From Trichoplax adhaerens (lineage: Eukaryota > Animalia > Placozoa), in the NCBI RefSeq assembly GCF_000150275.1, contig NW_002060946.1, positions 3,057,454 through 3,121,453 on the forward strand: a stretch of 64,000 nucleotides of DNA, written 5' to 3'. The notes beneath the pieces are model-generated. The model ran no database searches, had not been told where the DNA came from, and saw nothing but the letters and a program-made list of their open reading frames with translations. A program made the translations under genes and the position numbers. Numbering within the stretch: position 1 is the stretch's first letter; each line of letters opens with the position of its first letter. This document shows positions 24,001 through 37,900 of this stretch, one piece after another.

Positions 24001-27000
24001 CAACTTACGAAGATAATTTCGTAAAATCATATTGATCACCATTATCAGACTTATATTGACAAGAATATGAACAGCGGACTGAACCTTCCTCACTACAATA
24101 CCCCAAAAATATTATAACTCATGAGCTTATCCTCTTCTTTTATGATATTTAATTAACTTAAAGGCTAACCTAAAAGTTCCAGGTCCACATTTTTCGCAAG
24201 CAGCAGCTCCAGATAGCTGATTATTTTTTAAATATGTATCTAATAATAACAGAATACACAGAAAATGTTATTAAAATATTATCCATGTTTGACAAAAAGA
24301 AAAATTAACCGCCAACAAGCTTACTTTTTGGACATTTAACACAGTTCTTAGTTGCATTATTGATATACTGGCCTTTCGGACAAGGTATACATCTATTTTG
24401 CGATTGATTTTGTAAATTAGCTTTTGTATAAGATTTTTATACATGATGTGTTAGGTATTCTAATTTACCTAGAGTCCTTAGTTCCAACTGGACATGCATT
24501 GCAACGGTAAGCTCCGCCATCTATAGTATTGGTGACATTGATGCTGTATATTATAACCCTAAAAAAGCAAATACAATAATATGGTATAAGGGTAGAGTAA
24601 AGTACTCACATCTGTTATTTATTTAATATTCTATCCGTATCAAAAGCAATGACTCCAACCAAAAACAGGTTGTAAGCTCCTACATCTCATTCAAAAAGAT
24701 ACCTATCATCTTTATTGCTATTATCGGCGTTGTTATCTCTAGAAAACTCCCAAATAAATCGGTTTACGTGAGGATCTGTGACAATATAACTAAAATAGTG
24801 ATTGAAATATTAATGAGTAGTTAGTTTTATCGACTTTTCTTGTCTATTTTATGGCTGTAATATTCAAGATGAATCGATTCGAGTCTTGAATAGGTCGAAG
24901 AAATTAAGCAGTACGAAGCTCTTAAAAACTCTTTGCAGTAGCATGATTTGTTAATTAGTGAACTTCATCTAAATTATCGAATAATTTGCTTAAATAAAAT
25001 TTTGATAAACAACGATTAGCTAGATATCATTAGTATAAATGTAAACTTCCAAATTAAATATTGTTCATGTCCTATTAAAATACCTGTAAGTTTGTTTACT
25101 CTGAGCTCCATGCCAACTAGAAAGTTCTCCATTAAAGTGATGTTTACCAGCCTATAAGAATGCAATTAGATTAATATATCGTAAGTCCTGATTTTCTGTA
25201 TCATTAATGCCTAAAAATTGCTCGAGTTGTGTAGTAATATTTCAGTTATGCTATTTACCATGTACAACGATAATTTGCATGATCCTTGGCATCTTGTTTC
25301 AAAGACAAAGGTAAGTTTACCAAATTCTCCTTGTTTTAAGCCGCTGTTGACTTCCGGCTCGGCAAATCCTTTAACTTTTAGAACCAGTTCTAGATAGGTA
25401 TCACCATCATGCCCAACACCACTATCAATGTAGGTATTACGTAAACGCCAGCCATCCATGGTGGCACAACCTTGAGCTGTTAACATCATATCATAAGTAT
25501 CATTTAAGCTAAGTTTATGTTTTGCAACTGGTATTTCTTAATTAAGTTCAGATCTATTTTGCAATGTTATTCCAGTTTATTAGTTATCAACGCTATTATA
25601 GACTAATCAAGAACTTAGTACAGTTTTTAGATAGCAGATAAATTATTGACACTTATGCTTGAAATGGATAGCTTACTGTAAGGTGATACACATGAAAGTG
25701 TCACATTGGATGGTAAAGCCGACCACCATTGATAGTAATGGCCACGAATAGCTGATGTGGATGGTGGACAAGGGGAACAACCTTATTTCATCAAAAATTT
25801 TACTTAGTATGAGACCGAAATTTATCCTTTAATGAAAATATTACGTATGAATCAGATTTTAATAGTCTCTTTGATTACCACTTTCACCATCTCCATATTG
25901 ATTTGCAGGACAAATTTCACAATGGTTGCCTTTCAGGAATGTTCCTGGATTACATAGTTGACACTTTATTTTTTCCCCTGAAGCTGGCAATGTAACAGCG
26001 CCTTTCAAATCTTCACGGCATAGCTTAGGTTCGTTCCACTTGTACATTTTTTGAGTCTATAAAAAATACAAAATGTGGAGAATCAGTTCCTCTTATTTGG
26101 ACTATCTTCAAATGTAGATATTTTATATACTGTATATCATTCATCTGTATCGAACCTGTTTATTGCCATCGCATACTGTAAAAGTTTCAAAATAATCCTC
26201 TTCTTTACAGGCTGGCCTCTTCGCACATTTTGTGGCTCCTCTTTCAGCATATTCGCTTTTGCTGTCACAACTGCTACACTTAGTTGTATTTCCTTCAGAG
26301 TAAGTGTTGTCTGGGCAGAGTAAGCAATAAGAAGCACCCTCCCCGCTGTAGGTACCAGCCGGACAAGACATACACTCATACGTATATGGCACCCCTATTT
26401 ATGCAATGGACGAAATTAACATCGATACTAGCAGCTGCCACAGCGATCACGATTTCAGTGGATTACCTGTAATCTTGACGTATCTTATGTAAACCGGAGG
26501 AACTTTAGTCTTTTCAGTAACATAGTATACAATACCTGTATCCCAAATTATAACAGATCTTCCTGCTGGAAGAGGAAGCTATCAAAAATAGATAAAAATT
26601 ATTTTCTGATGAGAATCGAAGCAATCTCAAAATAATTTCTGGCTACATTCCTATAGTGAATAATGCCGTAGAGTGGCAGTGAACATCAGATATTTTACAT
26701 AATTTCAGGTATTCATATTGATGTCTAACCGTTTTCTTCTTCCAAACATTACCAGTCTTTGTAATGTACGCTCGTTCAGTATTTTTAGATTTTAAGCATT
26801 TTTCACTACTTTTAGTCTAGAAAACGACAGGTAAAAACTGTTTATCACAGTTGTTTTATTAGATATCATGGCATAATTAGACTTACCTCGACAACAAGCG
26901 TAACTCTATCATCTTCTATCTTGTATTCAAATTCGACGCTGCCAGCTTCTATTAACTATTGATGTTGAAATTAATAATTTATTATTACACCATTTTTATA

Positions 27001-29649
27001 TAAAACAAGAAGGGAAAGAGCGAAATATTTGATTTAATATTCATTAGGAGTCAAATTATACTCTTAAACGATCGATAAGATATTTACTAAGTAAAAAAAG
27101 ATGTAAATTATCATAGCGTAAATCCTTACATCAACTGAATAAGTTAGCATAGAATAGCAAGAGCGAGAAGCAGCAGATATGATATAGCCTCCACCGGTTA
27201 CCCAATTAGCCCTGTAATCGAGAAGCAAAACAAGACAGATCAATTTTTTCATTTCTAACCTAAATTGCTAGCAGCTTTGTACTTTTACGGATAAATGGAG
27301 TTTAAATCAAGCAATTAATATTACTTAGTGCAGTTTCTGATGCTTTTGCTGTCTCCAGTATCATAATGGTTGGCGTATCCACTAGATTCCCATCCTGGTA
27401 AGAGTTGATCCCATTTTTGAAAGGTCATAGTATTGCCGTTACTGTATGTACCACCTGGACAGCCATGACAGCTTTGATCGCCATTTATGTCCATATATTG
27501 ACCGGGATTACAATGGAAATCTAACATATTATTTAAAAGCAATTACTCTACTTACTACAGGTATTATGATTAATGTTTCATGTGATCGATTGCAAAATAA
27601 AGTGAAAATACAATAACAAAACTATAAAATATGAGGATATCTTTTATAACTATCAATCAATACTTTCTTTTATTCAAATCATTCTTCAATTGTAAGATAA
27701 ACTTAAATTGAAACATTACCGCATTTTCGGCCAAGAACTGGAAGAGGCACTGCTCCGGAACTGCAGTTTTTCCCTTCCTTCGGGATAGCAACGCGCCAGC
27801 GATTACCTGCGCCATCACATGACGTATACTGATAATCAAAGTCATCCTATAGTGGACGGCAAGGAAAAAATGTTAATCATGTTTTTAAATTTATGAATTT
27901 AAGGCATAGAATACGATTAAACTTGGCCGACATAGTAACCAAAGATTTTGCATATCGATCACATTTTGGTTTAGAGATAAAATATTAAATAAACGACGAC
28001 AGAATAAAGCAGACGTATCACTTTGTAAATTAACGAAAAATTCAAAGTGTACTGTACTTAATAGAGAATTATTGCGGAATAAAGGTTTTACAGCATAATA
28101 TATTATTGGACTAGAACTTATTGATAATATTAGGGGATGACATCATTTCTAATTAAGTAATCGTATTATTTTGAATTTGCTATGGAATAAAGATCTTCTA
28201 CCGTAATATAATTATTTGACTAGCAAGTAGAGTTTAACATTGTGAAGATGATATCATTTCTAGTTTACCGATCGTATAAGTTTGTACGAAGTATCAGTAG
28301 GTTAAAAATGCTACTCGTATCGCATACATGCGGCACGATTTGTTATAACATTAAGATTAATCAACTACAAAAAGTACGTTATTAATGATAAGTATAAATG
28401 CAGTGCTTTTATAGAATGAGCAATAATACGTGACGTGATTTGTGAATATAGTAGCAGTACTATTAATTCAGGCTAATTCTTTACATGTTGCACTTGCTGC
28501 GAAATCTATCGATAAAAATCTAAAATATCGAAACTTTTAGCTTCATCGCAATCAAATGATCAACTTTCATGCTTTTTATGCTGGATTTCTGGCTTTTACT
28601 GACAAAGTGATCATTTATTTTCATAAATATTTTTGTAAACATAATGAGAATAAAGCTACTCGCTAAGTGCACGTGTTATGATCTGTAGCACTATAACAGC
28701 TATCACTTTGCAAATCAATTTAATTTTTGACGAAAAAAGGAAGACTTTCATGCGTCTAGCCATATACTTAGAAGATTGACGTTACTTTACTGTAATTATG
28801 CTAAAAAAAAGTCTAAATTTGAAATTCACCTTGATATACGGAAGTAAGATAGCATATTTTTATGATAAACTTTAAAATTTAAGAGGAAAGATATCAGCAA
28901 GTAATGTATTATTGTACTTAAAACTATGATTAACTAAAAAATTGCAAATTTCGAAATCAATGGCCTCCAACTCTCATAAATGAGCGTAAATGATGGTTAA
29001 TTTGCAAGGCGTAAGAAAACTCTATTCTACTAGCCTATTCAATAAGATTTTCATAAAATCCAAACTAAGAAAACTAAACATTAATGTGAGTGTCTATTAT
29101 AACAAGACATGAAAAATAATGACCTAGACGGCGTTAGTATGGTAACAGTTACTATTACTATTATATAGTAAATTCGATATACGCTCCTATACCTTATTCT
29201 TTTTCAAATTAAATTTCATCTAAGCATCAGCATCAATTTGATTTCGAAACTGGTTTTGATAACAAAGGTAATCAACTACGTTTGGTTGCTATTGAGCTTT
29301 CTTAAATTCTGTATGAAATAATTTCTAGCTACTCAACATGGTATTCAATGTGTAATTTTTCATATTTTACTAACAGTTTAAACTATTATTGTTCATAATA
29401 CATTAACAATGAAGACAGCTTTAGTTACTTTGGTCTCAAACTCTTTAAAATGTATAATAGGATATAACAGCGCGCAACAACGATACTCAATTTATTCTGT
29501 ATTTTGAATATATCCTTTAGCTTTTCATATTCTTGTAAACTTATTTCTATCGAAAGATTTACCTTTGAACAACTCTCTCCGGATGTTAGATGGAGGATAT
29601 TTAGGACTGATACAAGTAGAACCAGTATTCTGAACTTGACTTTGTTCAT
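21038..29649 (-). CDS. ELAPOR2: Endosome/lysosome-associated apoptosis and autophagy regulator (ELAPOR1/2, KIAA1324/UPF0577 family), multi-exon type I membrane protein
   Basis: Signal peptide MNKVKFRILVLLVSVLNILHLTSG; Cys-rich repeats (CNPGQYMD..CPGGTYSNG; CMSCPAGTYS; YKWNEPKLCREDLKGAVTLPASG); GPSFTAEGTNYHHVFNVSLCG; a single TM helix near 21720-21790; tail DAFDTVLL..*. The ELAPOR1 versus ELAPOR2 paralogue cannot be resolved. Confidence 0.9.
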
Positions 29650-31880
29650 ATTAGATTGCTTTTAGTGTTCGTTTTCTTGCAAGAAGGCGCAAATTACTGT
29701 AAATAGGTAACGATAAAAATTACATTTAAAAGCAGTCTATAACGTTATCCATTTAGCAGTACTTGGTAAGACGATATAAAAGAGAAATAAAAGAGAATAT
29801 AATTTTGATCTTCTATATCGCAACTTGATTAATATTTCAACTCGAGAAATGCGTCAAAAACTTTTCTCATACCAAATAATATCAGCAGATTATCCCAAAG
29901 CGGATAAATTCAAGCGATGGGAAAGAGTAGAACCGATTGAAGAATATTTTGGCAGGATTCGTTCACAGTTCTAAGTGATTTTAGAGTAATCAATCTCTTA
30001 ATACTTATTACTGATATTACGTGATGTGCTTACGCAAGCTGGCGTTAATATAATGTGCTGGAGAAGTCGACGAATACGTAGTCCTGTCTTCGTCACAATG
30101 GTAACGCGGCTCATTACGGCTGCGCATTACGTCACTTTTTTCTTTATTCTGAATAAACAAGATCGGATTAAGGTTTACCGAAAGAGTTTTAACTGATAGA
30201 AACTACTAGAAAGTAGAATAAAAACTTCTGCTGTCTATTAGTTGAGGTTAATATCTACAATAATACAACTAATAAAATAATAATGTAGTTAATACTAACC
30301 AGTGATTGCTGCATCTAGTAACGACTACTAAAAAAACACATATTTTATTGAGTTGTCTTGGTACGTTGTGGAGTATATATATAATGAGGAGTGCAGTATA
30401 ACTATCTACCAGTATTTACGTGTCTAGACTTCTTCTTCCAAACTCATAATAATATAGGATCTACTACAGAGATCTTGATGTGGGATCGTTGAAATTCTTA
30501 GGGATTTGGCGGAACACTGAAATGCGTATCGAAATCCTAGTCTTTAATAAGTTAAAGTAAACGTTGAGCCATAAGCAACTGTAATGTACTGCAGAGGGTG
30601 CAACTTTAGTGATATCGTCGTTATGTGATATTAATGATTTCTGTAAAAATTGGATCGACTGTAAGGTGTAATGAATTAGTTTTTTAAGTAAACATAAGAA
30701 GCGAAATCTTATTTGCTAAATGGACGATACACTCACTATTGTAAATGTAGTAGGCTTATCTTAATAGTAATCTATAATTCAAATCAAAGTTTTTATCAAG
30801 CTTTGTGGACTTCTACGGATGCAAAATTTCCGAAAATCGTACCGGACCATAATATACGCTTATGATTTTAAAAATTATTAATAAATTCTAGTGATCAAGT
30901 TTATGGCTTACACATTCTCGAGTCCTATTCGTTGTCATGCTTTGAAGGATAATAATTATTATTACTCGTACATACTGTAGTCTACCAGAGTTCAACGGTT
31001 TGCAGTATTTATAAGGTTAGTGAAAATCCAAGCTTCAGAACTATTATTTATGTTTTCTTGTGAACAGCTTAGTAGCAAGGTACGTCTTCCAGGAACGGTA
31101 CAAGAATATTCAAATATCCAACTCTTAATTTGACTTTAGTTATTTATTTAATATAAAAATAACAAAATCTTTTAATTAATTATCAGGTATTTTAATTGGT
31201 ATAGTTTTTACAATTATTTATTCATTCATGAAGATATAAATACAATGTTAGGCCCATCTGGAAAATAGTGCAGTATATACGCGTATTATATACTGTATAC
31301 CCTGTACATTACACAGTACTCGTATATTATACTTTGGATCGACAAGGAAATTAGGAGCATTTAATTCTAATAATGCACGTTGAAAGAACATAGCCTTCCT
31401 GAAAACACATGATAACATTGTCAATGTAAAATTGTCAATTTCTTTAACACACAATCGAAAGTTGCGTTAAACTATGAATATTATAAGGTATGACTGATGT
31501 TTATAAAGTAAAGTGAATTTATGTTGAGCTGGTACAGCACGTCTGGGAATTGAGAATTTCCTTCTAGCTAAGATTTTGAAGCTTAGAGTCAAAAGAAAAT
31601 ACTTAAGTACTCTCTGATGAGTCTAAACTAATAAAAAGATATTATAGAATAATCTAATCATTAACAAAATGTTACATTAAGATGCTTAAGCATTAGAAAT
31701 TGCAGCAAGATCAGTAGAAATGATTAAATTATTTATATTGGTCTTTTCAATTTACAATATAAAAAGGAGTGCTATACTTAGTTATCATTATTTGACAAAT
31801 ATATAATTAGAAGAACAAAAGAGTGACATAAGCTGGAGACTTGGTCCATTAAGAATTTGCAGCGAAGTGCACGTAAAAAC

Positions 31881-34106
31881 TTATTGCAGTTTAGACGATC
31901 GACAATTTCTAAGGGTTCTTTGTACCGTTTGTAGAACCTGCTCGGGCTGAACCTGAAAATTTTGGAGAGGCAAAGGGATATTACGTCTTTGTTTGTCGCA
32001 ATAAGTTTCTCAAGTTAACAGTAATCAAAGCATCCTAGTCTTACAGAATTTAAATTTGGATCAGTAGTGCGGCTGTGGCGTTTCGGAAATAGATAACTAA
32101 GCATACTCTTTAATCCGGCTGTATCATTATTGTTGTCCTGGTGGACATTTCCTAAACTCCTTTCCACGTCTTCTCTACTTTCCGCATTATTATCGTCGAC
32201 TATGAAATAGGGACACCAGTAACGATGTTCCTCTATAGGATTAAATTTTTTCTGAAGATAAAGATAACAATATTAGTCGTAATAAAAGGAGCAGTAATAG
32301 ATATTACAGTGTTTAGCTATTTAGAATACTTTTTCTATTTTCCTTCGCTTGCTAGGCGAAGACGAGGATTGCTCTTCAATACTCTCGCTAGATAGTTCCA
32401 AGCTATCAGTGGAGCTGTCACTACATGAGGCGATGAAAATAAACTTTCAATTCAATCTTTAATGCCGAATACGGTATCAGCACTTTAAACTACCTGATTG
32501 CCATGGTATAATTCCAAATACCAGCTCTTCTTCGGCAAATCGAGCATATCAGCAGTGAAGATTTGAGTTTATCGCTGGGCCTATTTTATTAAGATAAGTA
32601 AGCCAATGAGTGTCAACGGTGGTTACGTGATTTTAAAGAGTTTATCACTATACTGTACAGTAAATATCATAGGTCAATTTTAAAGTTAAATACTTACTTC
32701 AGCACCCAGCCACAAAATGCTAAGATACAAGCTATCATCTGAGCTTCTTCATCAACATCGGTTAAGATTACTTGGCAATCTAAAATATCTTTTAATGTCT
32801 CTACAGCCTCTTTACATGAGAGTAACGTCTACAATACATGAAGAAAATGATGTTGAGATTAAACTCAAAACAACTGCGTGCTTATGATATCATACGTGTA
32901 ATATCACGCTGACTTAAGCAGTATTCTTTGTTTTTACATTAAGCGTGCTATTCAGTTCCAGCCTTGGTAGTAAATGAGGAGCACTTGAGTACGATTTCAA
33001 TCGCTGTCGCAAAATTGGTACACATTTAGCGTAGGTATTTGGTAAACGTATCAATTCTTCTGTAATTATATTTTAATCAAATAGTTAGTATGTCTGTGTA
33101 GGTGTGGTGCGACTTGCAAATATGAGAAATGGCCATCAATGTAATCAACAGCATGGTTTACCACGAACAGGAGCATCCTTCCACGGACACAACGGGTTAT
33201 GACGTGATATCAATGCATCAGTGAAAGTTCTTACCGCTTCTTCGTCTGAATAAGAAGAATCCAATGTAATATCTACCTCTAATAAATTGTGGAAATCATG
33301 AGCTAACTATGTAAGAGCAAAAGAAACATTGATTACATGGCTGCGAGCGTGTCGATGGAAGTGGTAGCGATACAGTCAGCGTTGCAGAACAAGTAACACA
33401 TTTCAGGCGATCTATATCCACATTTTTCCAGCCATATCTGGCGCATTGCAGCGGAGACAAAGCAGGTGGTTTGGCTAGCCATGTATAAGCCTATTTATAC
33501 AAGTATATCGGAAAGATGTGATAAGCGATCGAGTTGCAGCAAAATGCAGTACATGCAGAACAGTCCCACATATTTTAAAAAGTAGATGAGTAATTACAAA
33601 TTAATTCGTGTAGTACAACACACTTAACATGGTGCTGATCGGATCAAGTCAACTCATTTGCTATTTGTTATTGAAATTATTAGGCTAACTTGGTTAATGA
33701 CTTACACGATCAGTGGTAAACATTATAATGAATTAAAATGTACACATTCAGTCCAGTAATAATATAATATGTGATTTATCACGATAGGAGATCTGCTACA
33801 GAAAAAAATACAGATAGGCCTGTTGTATTACACCGTACCGAATAAGTCTCTACTCGTTCAAAATAATCTTCCGCCACTTTGTCCTGTTTACATTCACTAT
33901 GTTTTCAATGGGGAAAAAAAGAGCAAATTTAAAACTAGTCTAGCTGATCAACAAATGCATCAAGAAAGCGATGAGAATTGGATCGAGATCACCTGCACGA
34001 GTAGAGTAGAGTAGAGTACTTACTTTTCTGGACAGGCAGGCTTATCAAATATAAAACTATCAAGAAGGGACAGAAACTTCCTAGGCACTAAACTTATTTC
34101 AGCCAT
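31881..34106 (-). CDS. ZC3HC1: Zinc finger C3HC-type protein 1 (NIPA; nuclear basket protein)
   Basis: Exons encode DYFERVETYS|AYTWLAKPPALSPLQCARYGWKNVDIDRLKCVTC, HNPLCPW, and the second module FNPIEEHRYWCPY (zf-C3HC + Rsm1-like), ending VQPEQVLQTVQRTLRNCRSSKLQ*. Confidence 0.9.
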
Positions 34107-34931
34107 GCCAATTTTCTTTCATTGATCTCCACAACAGTTTATGATCATTCGTTGACAGTTCTACAGGTCAGGTAGGTATGGTTGTAAGTGCGAGTGCTGA
34201 GAGAGTGAGTTGCTGAGAGAGTGAGTGGCTGAGAGAGTGAGTCTCTCATTGTCACTCTCTCCCAGTAGTCCCAGGTTCTAACAAACTTGTGATGACCTTG
34301 TACTGTACACTGTACAGTACTCCAAAGAATCTGTACAGTACAGTAATAATGCATCATCGTTTAAGCTATTTACGCTGAGTATCTGAGTAATCGGGGTTAT
34401 TATGGCTGGGCCTACTGTACACTGTACAGTACAGTACTGTACAGTATGTAAAAACTTTGAGTACAGTACACTGTACTGTAACCACTAGGGAATGAACTCA
34501 CAAATCTACTGTAGCGTACAGTGCACAGTACTGTACTCTACATCAGCAGTTCAGCACTTGGAGACAGTCGTTTCTACTGAACAGTCTGGAGGTGTTCAGT
34601 CCGTGCAATCGGCCCATGTAACACATACTGTACAGTGTACTCTTTACTCTACCGTGGGTAAATAAATGAGCACCCTTCACTGTCTGGAACATTTTGTTAG
34701 TCCGTGTTTTGGTGACGAGTGAGAGCACCATGATGACCGAGAGCAATGATCACTTTTCCTTCACTTTTCGAATGAAATAGTTCTCTCTCTCTAGTATCTA
34801 GGCAACACATTAAAGTCAGTTTTTAGAACATTTACTTTTATCGGTAGTTCTCATTTTTATATTCTGGATAAGAAGAAGAGCTGTGTTGTTGGTTATTCTT
34901 CAGTGTGTACAATTCGTTAATTAATATAAAC
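34107..34931. promoter_or_regulatory. Putative bidirectional promoter ZC3HC1/ZNRF with GA-rich 16-bp repeats
   Basis: Divergent ATGs 825 bp apart; GCTGAGAGAGTGAGT occurs three times at about 34196-34242; dense TACAGTA/TACTGTA. Confidence 0.6.
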
Positions 34932-37900
34932 ATGGGAGCCAAGTTATCCAACAATAATACAAACTCGAGGCCTGGATTCACCGTCGATGCGAATCAAGGC
35001 AATCTTGCCACGGCGGCTGGTATGAATCGCATGAATGGAAGTCGACGCGACTCTCGTCTGCGTACCCGCGCTGTAGATGTGTCAAATGGAGCAAACGCTT
35101 ACAACGAGGGCACTTCTTCCTTGCCTTCCGATTCATCACCCAATGAATTTTTTAATGGTAAACGGCTATCTTTGATCATTGTACATTAAGGAAATGCTAT
35201 AAATACACTGTATTTTTAGTTAACATTTTCTTTCTCTACTGTACCGTATATTGTCAGTAGCCATAGCAGGTTGTGAACGTCTTAATAGTACAGTACTCTA
35301 ATACTGTATTGATTGATTTTAATCATACAGAAAATGGATATCACCATCATTTTTCTCTTTTGATATGTCGAAGGGAATAGTGTATCTTTAGTAGTAATTC
35401 ATACGGTACATCTGTGCTGTAGTTGGTTCATTACGGTGTTGACTTTCCCAACACTTACTTCTTTCGCTATATTTCACGCAGGACAGTATGTTGTTGTACT
35501 GTACACCAGTCGAATTCATCATCGTCGTTGTAGATTCACTTTTTCTTGACGTTATTTTCCAATGTCAAATCATTAATCGATGTTGATCGAAAATATCTTC
35601 ACTAACGGTTCCATATTGGACATAAATATCCTATATTCAACATCACTTCGTCTATCACAAGAAGTTCCGACGACATATGTACAGTACCTACTATCGTTGA
35701 TTTGGACGCATGATACATCAAATAATGCATATTTATATTGTAGTGAACAAGTAGTGTACATGTTATCCATTTACGTTTTTATTGCATCGTCAAAATGTAT
35801 AATGTACTGTACAGTCATGGTACAGTGCACTACACCAATGCACTCGGATTGGAAAAAGTCTACTTGACAACCTCCTGATGGCTAATGTTTTGTCGTTGGA
35901 TGGAGTTTATACCTTGCTGTCTTTAGATACTATTGATTTTTTTAGTTACTCTATTCTGCGACATATTTTCTTCATTTTATGATGTTTGATTTTGTGTTTA
36001 GTTTGCGTTTTCATTGAATGTTACAGGCGCGTACTCCTTGCCATCGCGATTCTATTCATTAGTCCATTTATCAGGTATGTCGCCGGTCCTATAGTATTGC
36101 TATACTGTATCATGTCACAATCAGTATTTTGATTTGCCGTATTCTATAATGAATTCCTTTCTTAACTGATGCCTACTACTGCATACTTTGACACTGCTAT
36201 CGGTACGGTACGGGGTAACCGTGCTATACTGTAGTCACAAGATTGTCGTCGTTGCTTTTGCCATTTTAACAATGAATTTATACACAAGACTCTTAAAGCG
36301 CATACTGTACATTTCAATTGATCTACAATTCAGTGACATATTGTCTCAAGGATTGATGGCACATAAAAATATGGAATCAAAGTCTATTGAGCTCTTAAAC
36401 GCTTTCTATCCATGTCCATCGTCGTAGTATTTAATAGTACCTCTGTAGTAATATTGCGCTTTTGAATATCTTCTGCAATCGATAGCGCGTCGATAGGGGT
36501 ACTTGTACAGTATTATAGTATTCAATCTGCCAGTGGGGGTTGACTTTGCACTTTGTTTCTAAGCTATGCTGTGGCTGTCCTGTAAATATTCGTACAGTAT
36601 AATGTTGTACTGTAATATACATACTGTAGGCTAGCTACATTACAGTACAATATGATGTTGTTATGTTTCTGCTCGATTATATTGTATGGAGACTGGTGGA
36701 GCACAGGACACTTCTGCAAGTACAGTACAGTACATTAGTGTTCAGTGCTTGCACCTTGCAGCATGGTAGTTTGTAAACAAAGAAAATCATTGTTGAAAGG
36801 TTACGGTGAGTCATCATATAATGTACTGTAGACGAAAAGGTAAAAAAAGAAAAACCGCTAGTGTCTACTGTACTGGAAGACAAACTCCATACAGTGTACA
36901 GTACATTTGTAGCCTTCCCAAAGCTTATGCCACATCAAGTCCATGTTGATTGATGTTAATCCCATCATCCCCCAAAGTAATAATAATAATAATAATAAAG
37001 TACCTTATTGCATGTGCAGTAGTTTGATAAAAGCATATCTACTATACAGTACTGTAGCAGTTAGCCATAAATGTGTACAATGCAGCGATATTGACTTGTA
37101 TTAACTAGACTGTGCCACGGACTACTCGAAATGACCAGTAAATTTCGAGTAGTCCATACTGTACTTGCATCAATGAGTCAGTAAAACAATATACTGTACG
37201 ATAATGACAGGCAAACAAGCCTGGCTGGCTAATCCAGAGCGTTAGTGAGTGTCAAAGACCACAGTTTACAGTGTAGAATAAAATAAAATAATAATAATAA
37301 AGTACCTCACTGCATGTACAGCAGTTTGATAAAAGCATATCTACTATACTGTACAGTGTACAGTAGCAGTTAGCCGTAAATGTCTGTACAATGCAGCGAT
37401 ATTGACCTGTGTTGACTAGGCTGTACCATGCACTCACTACTCGAAATAACCAGTAAATTTCGAGTAGTCCATACTGTACTTGCATCGATGAATCAGTAAA
37501 ACAATATACAGTACGATAATGACAGGCAAATAAGCCTGGCTGGCTAATCCAGAGCATTAGTGAGTGTCAAAGATCACAGTTTACAGTGTAGAATAAAATA
37601 AAATAATAATAATAAAGTACCTCACTGCATGTACAGCAGTTTGATAAAAGCATATCTACTATACTGTACAGTGTACAGTAGCAGTTAGGCGTAAATATCT
37701 TGTACAGTACAATGCAGCGATATTGACCTGAGTTGACTAGGCTGTACCATGCACTCACTACTCGAAATAACCAATAAATTTCGAGTAGTCCATACTGTAC
37801 TTGCATCAATGAATCAATAAAACAATATACTGTACAATAATAATGACAGGCAAGCAAGCCTAGCTGGCTGATCCAGAGCGTTAGTGAGTGTCAAAGATCA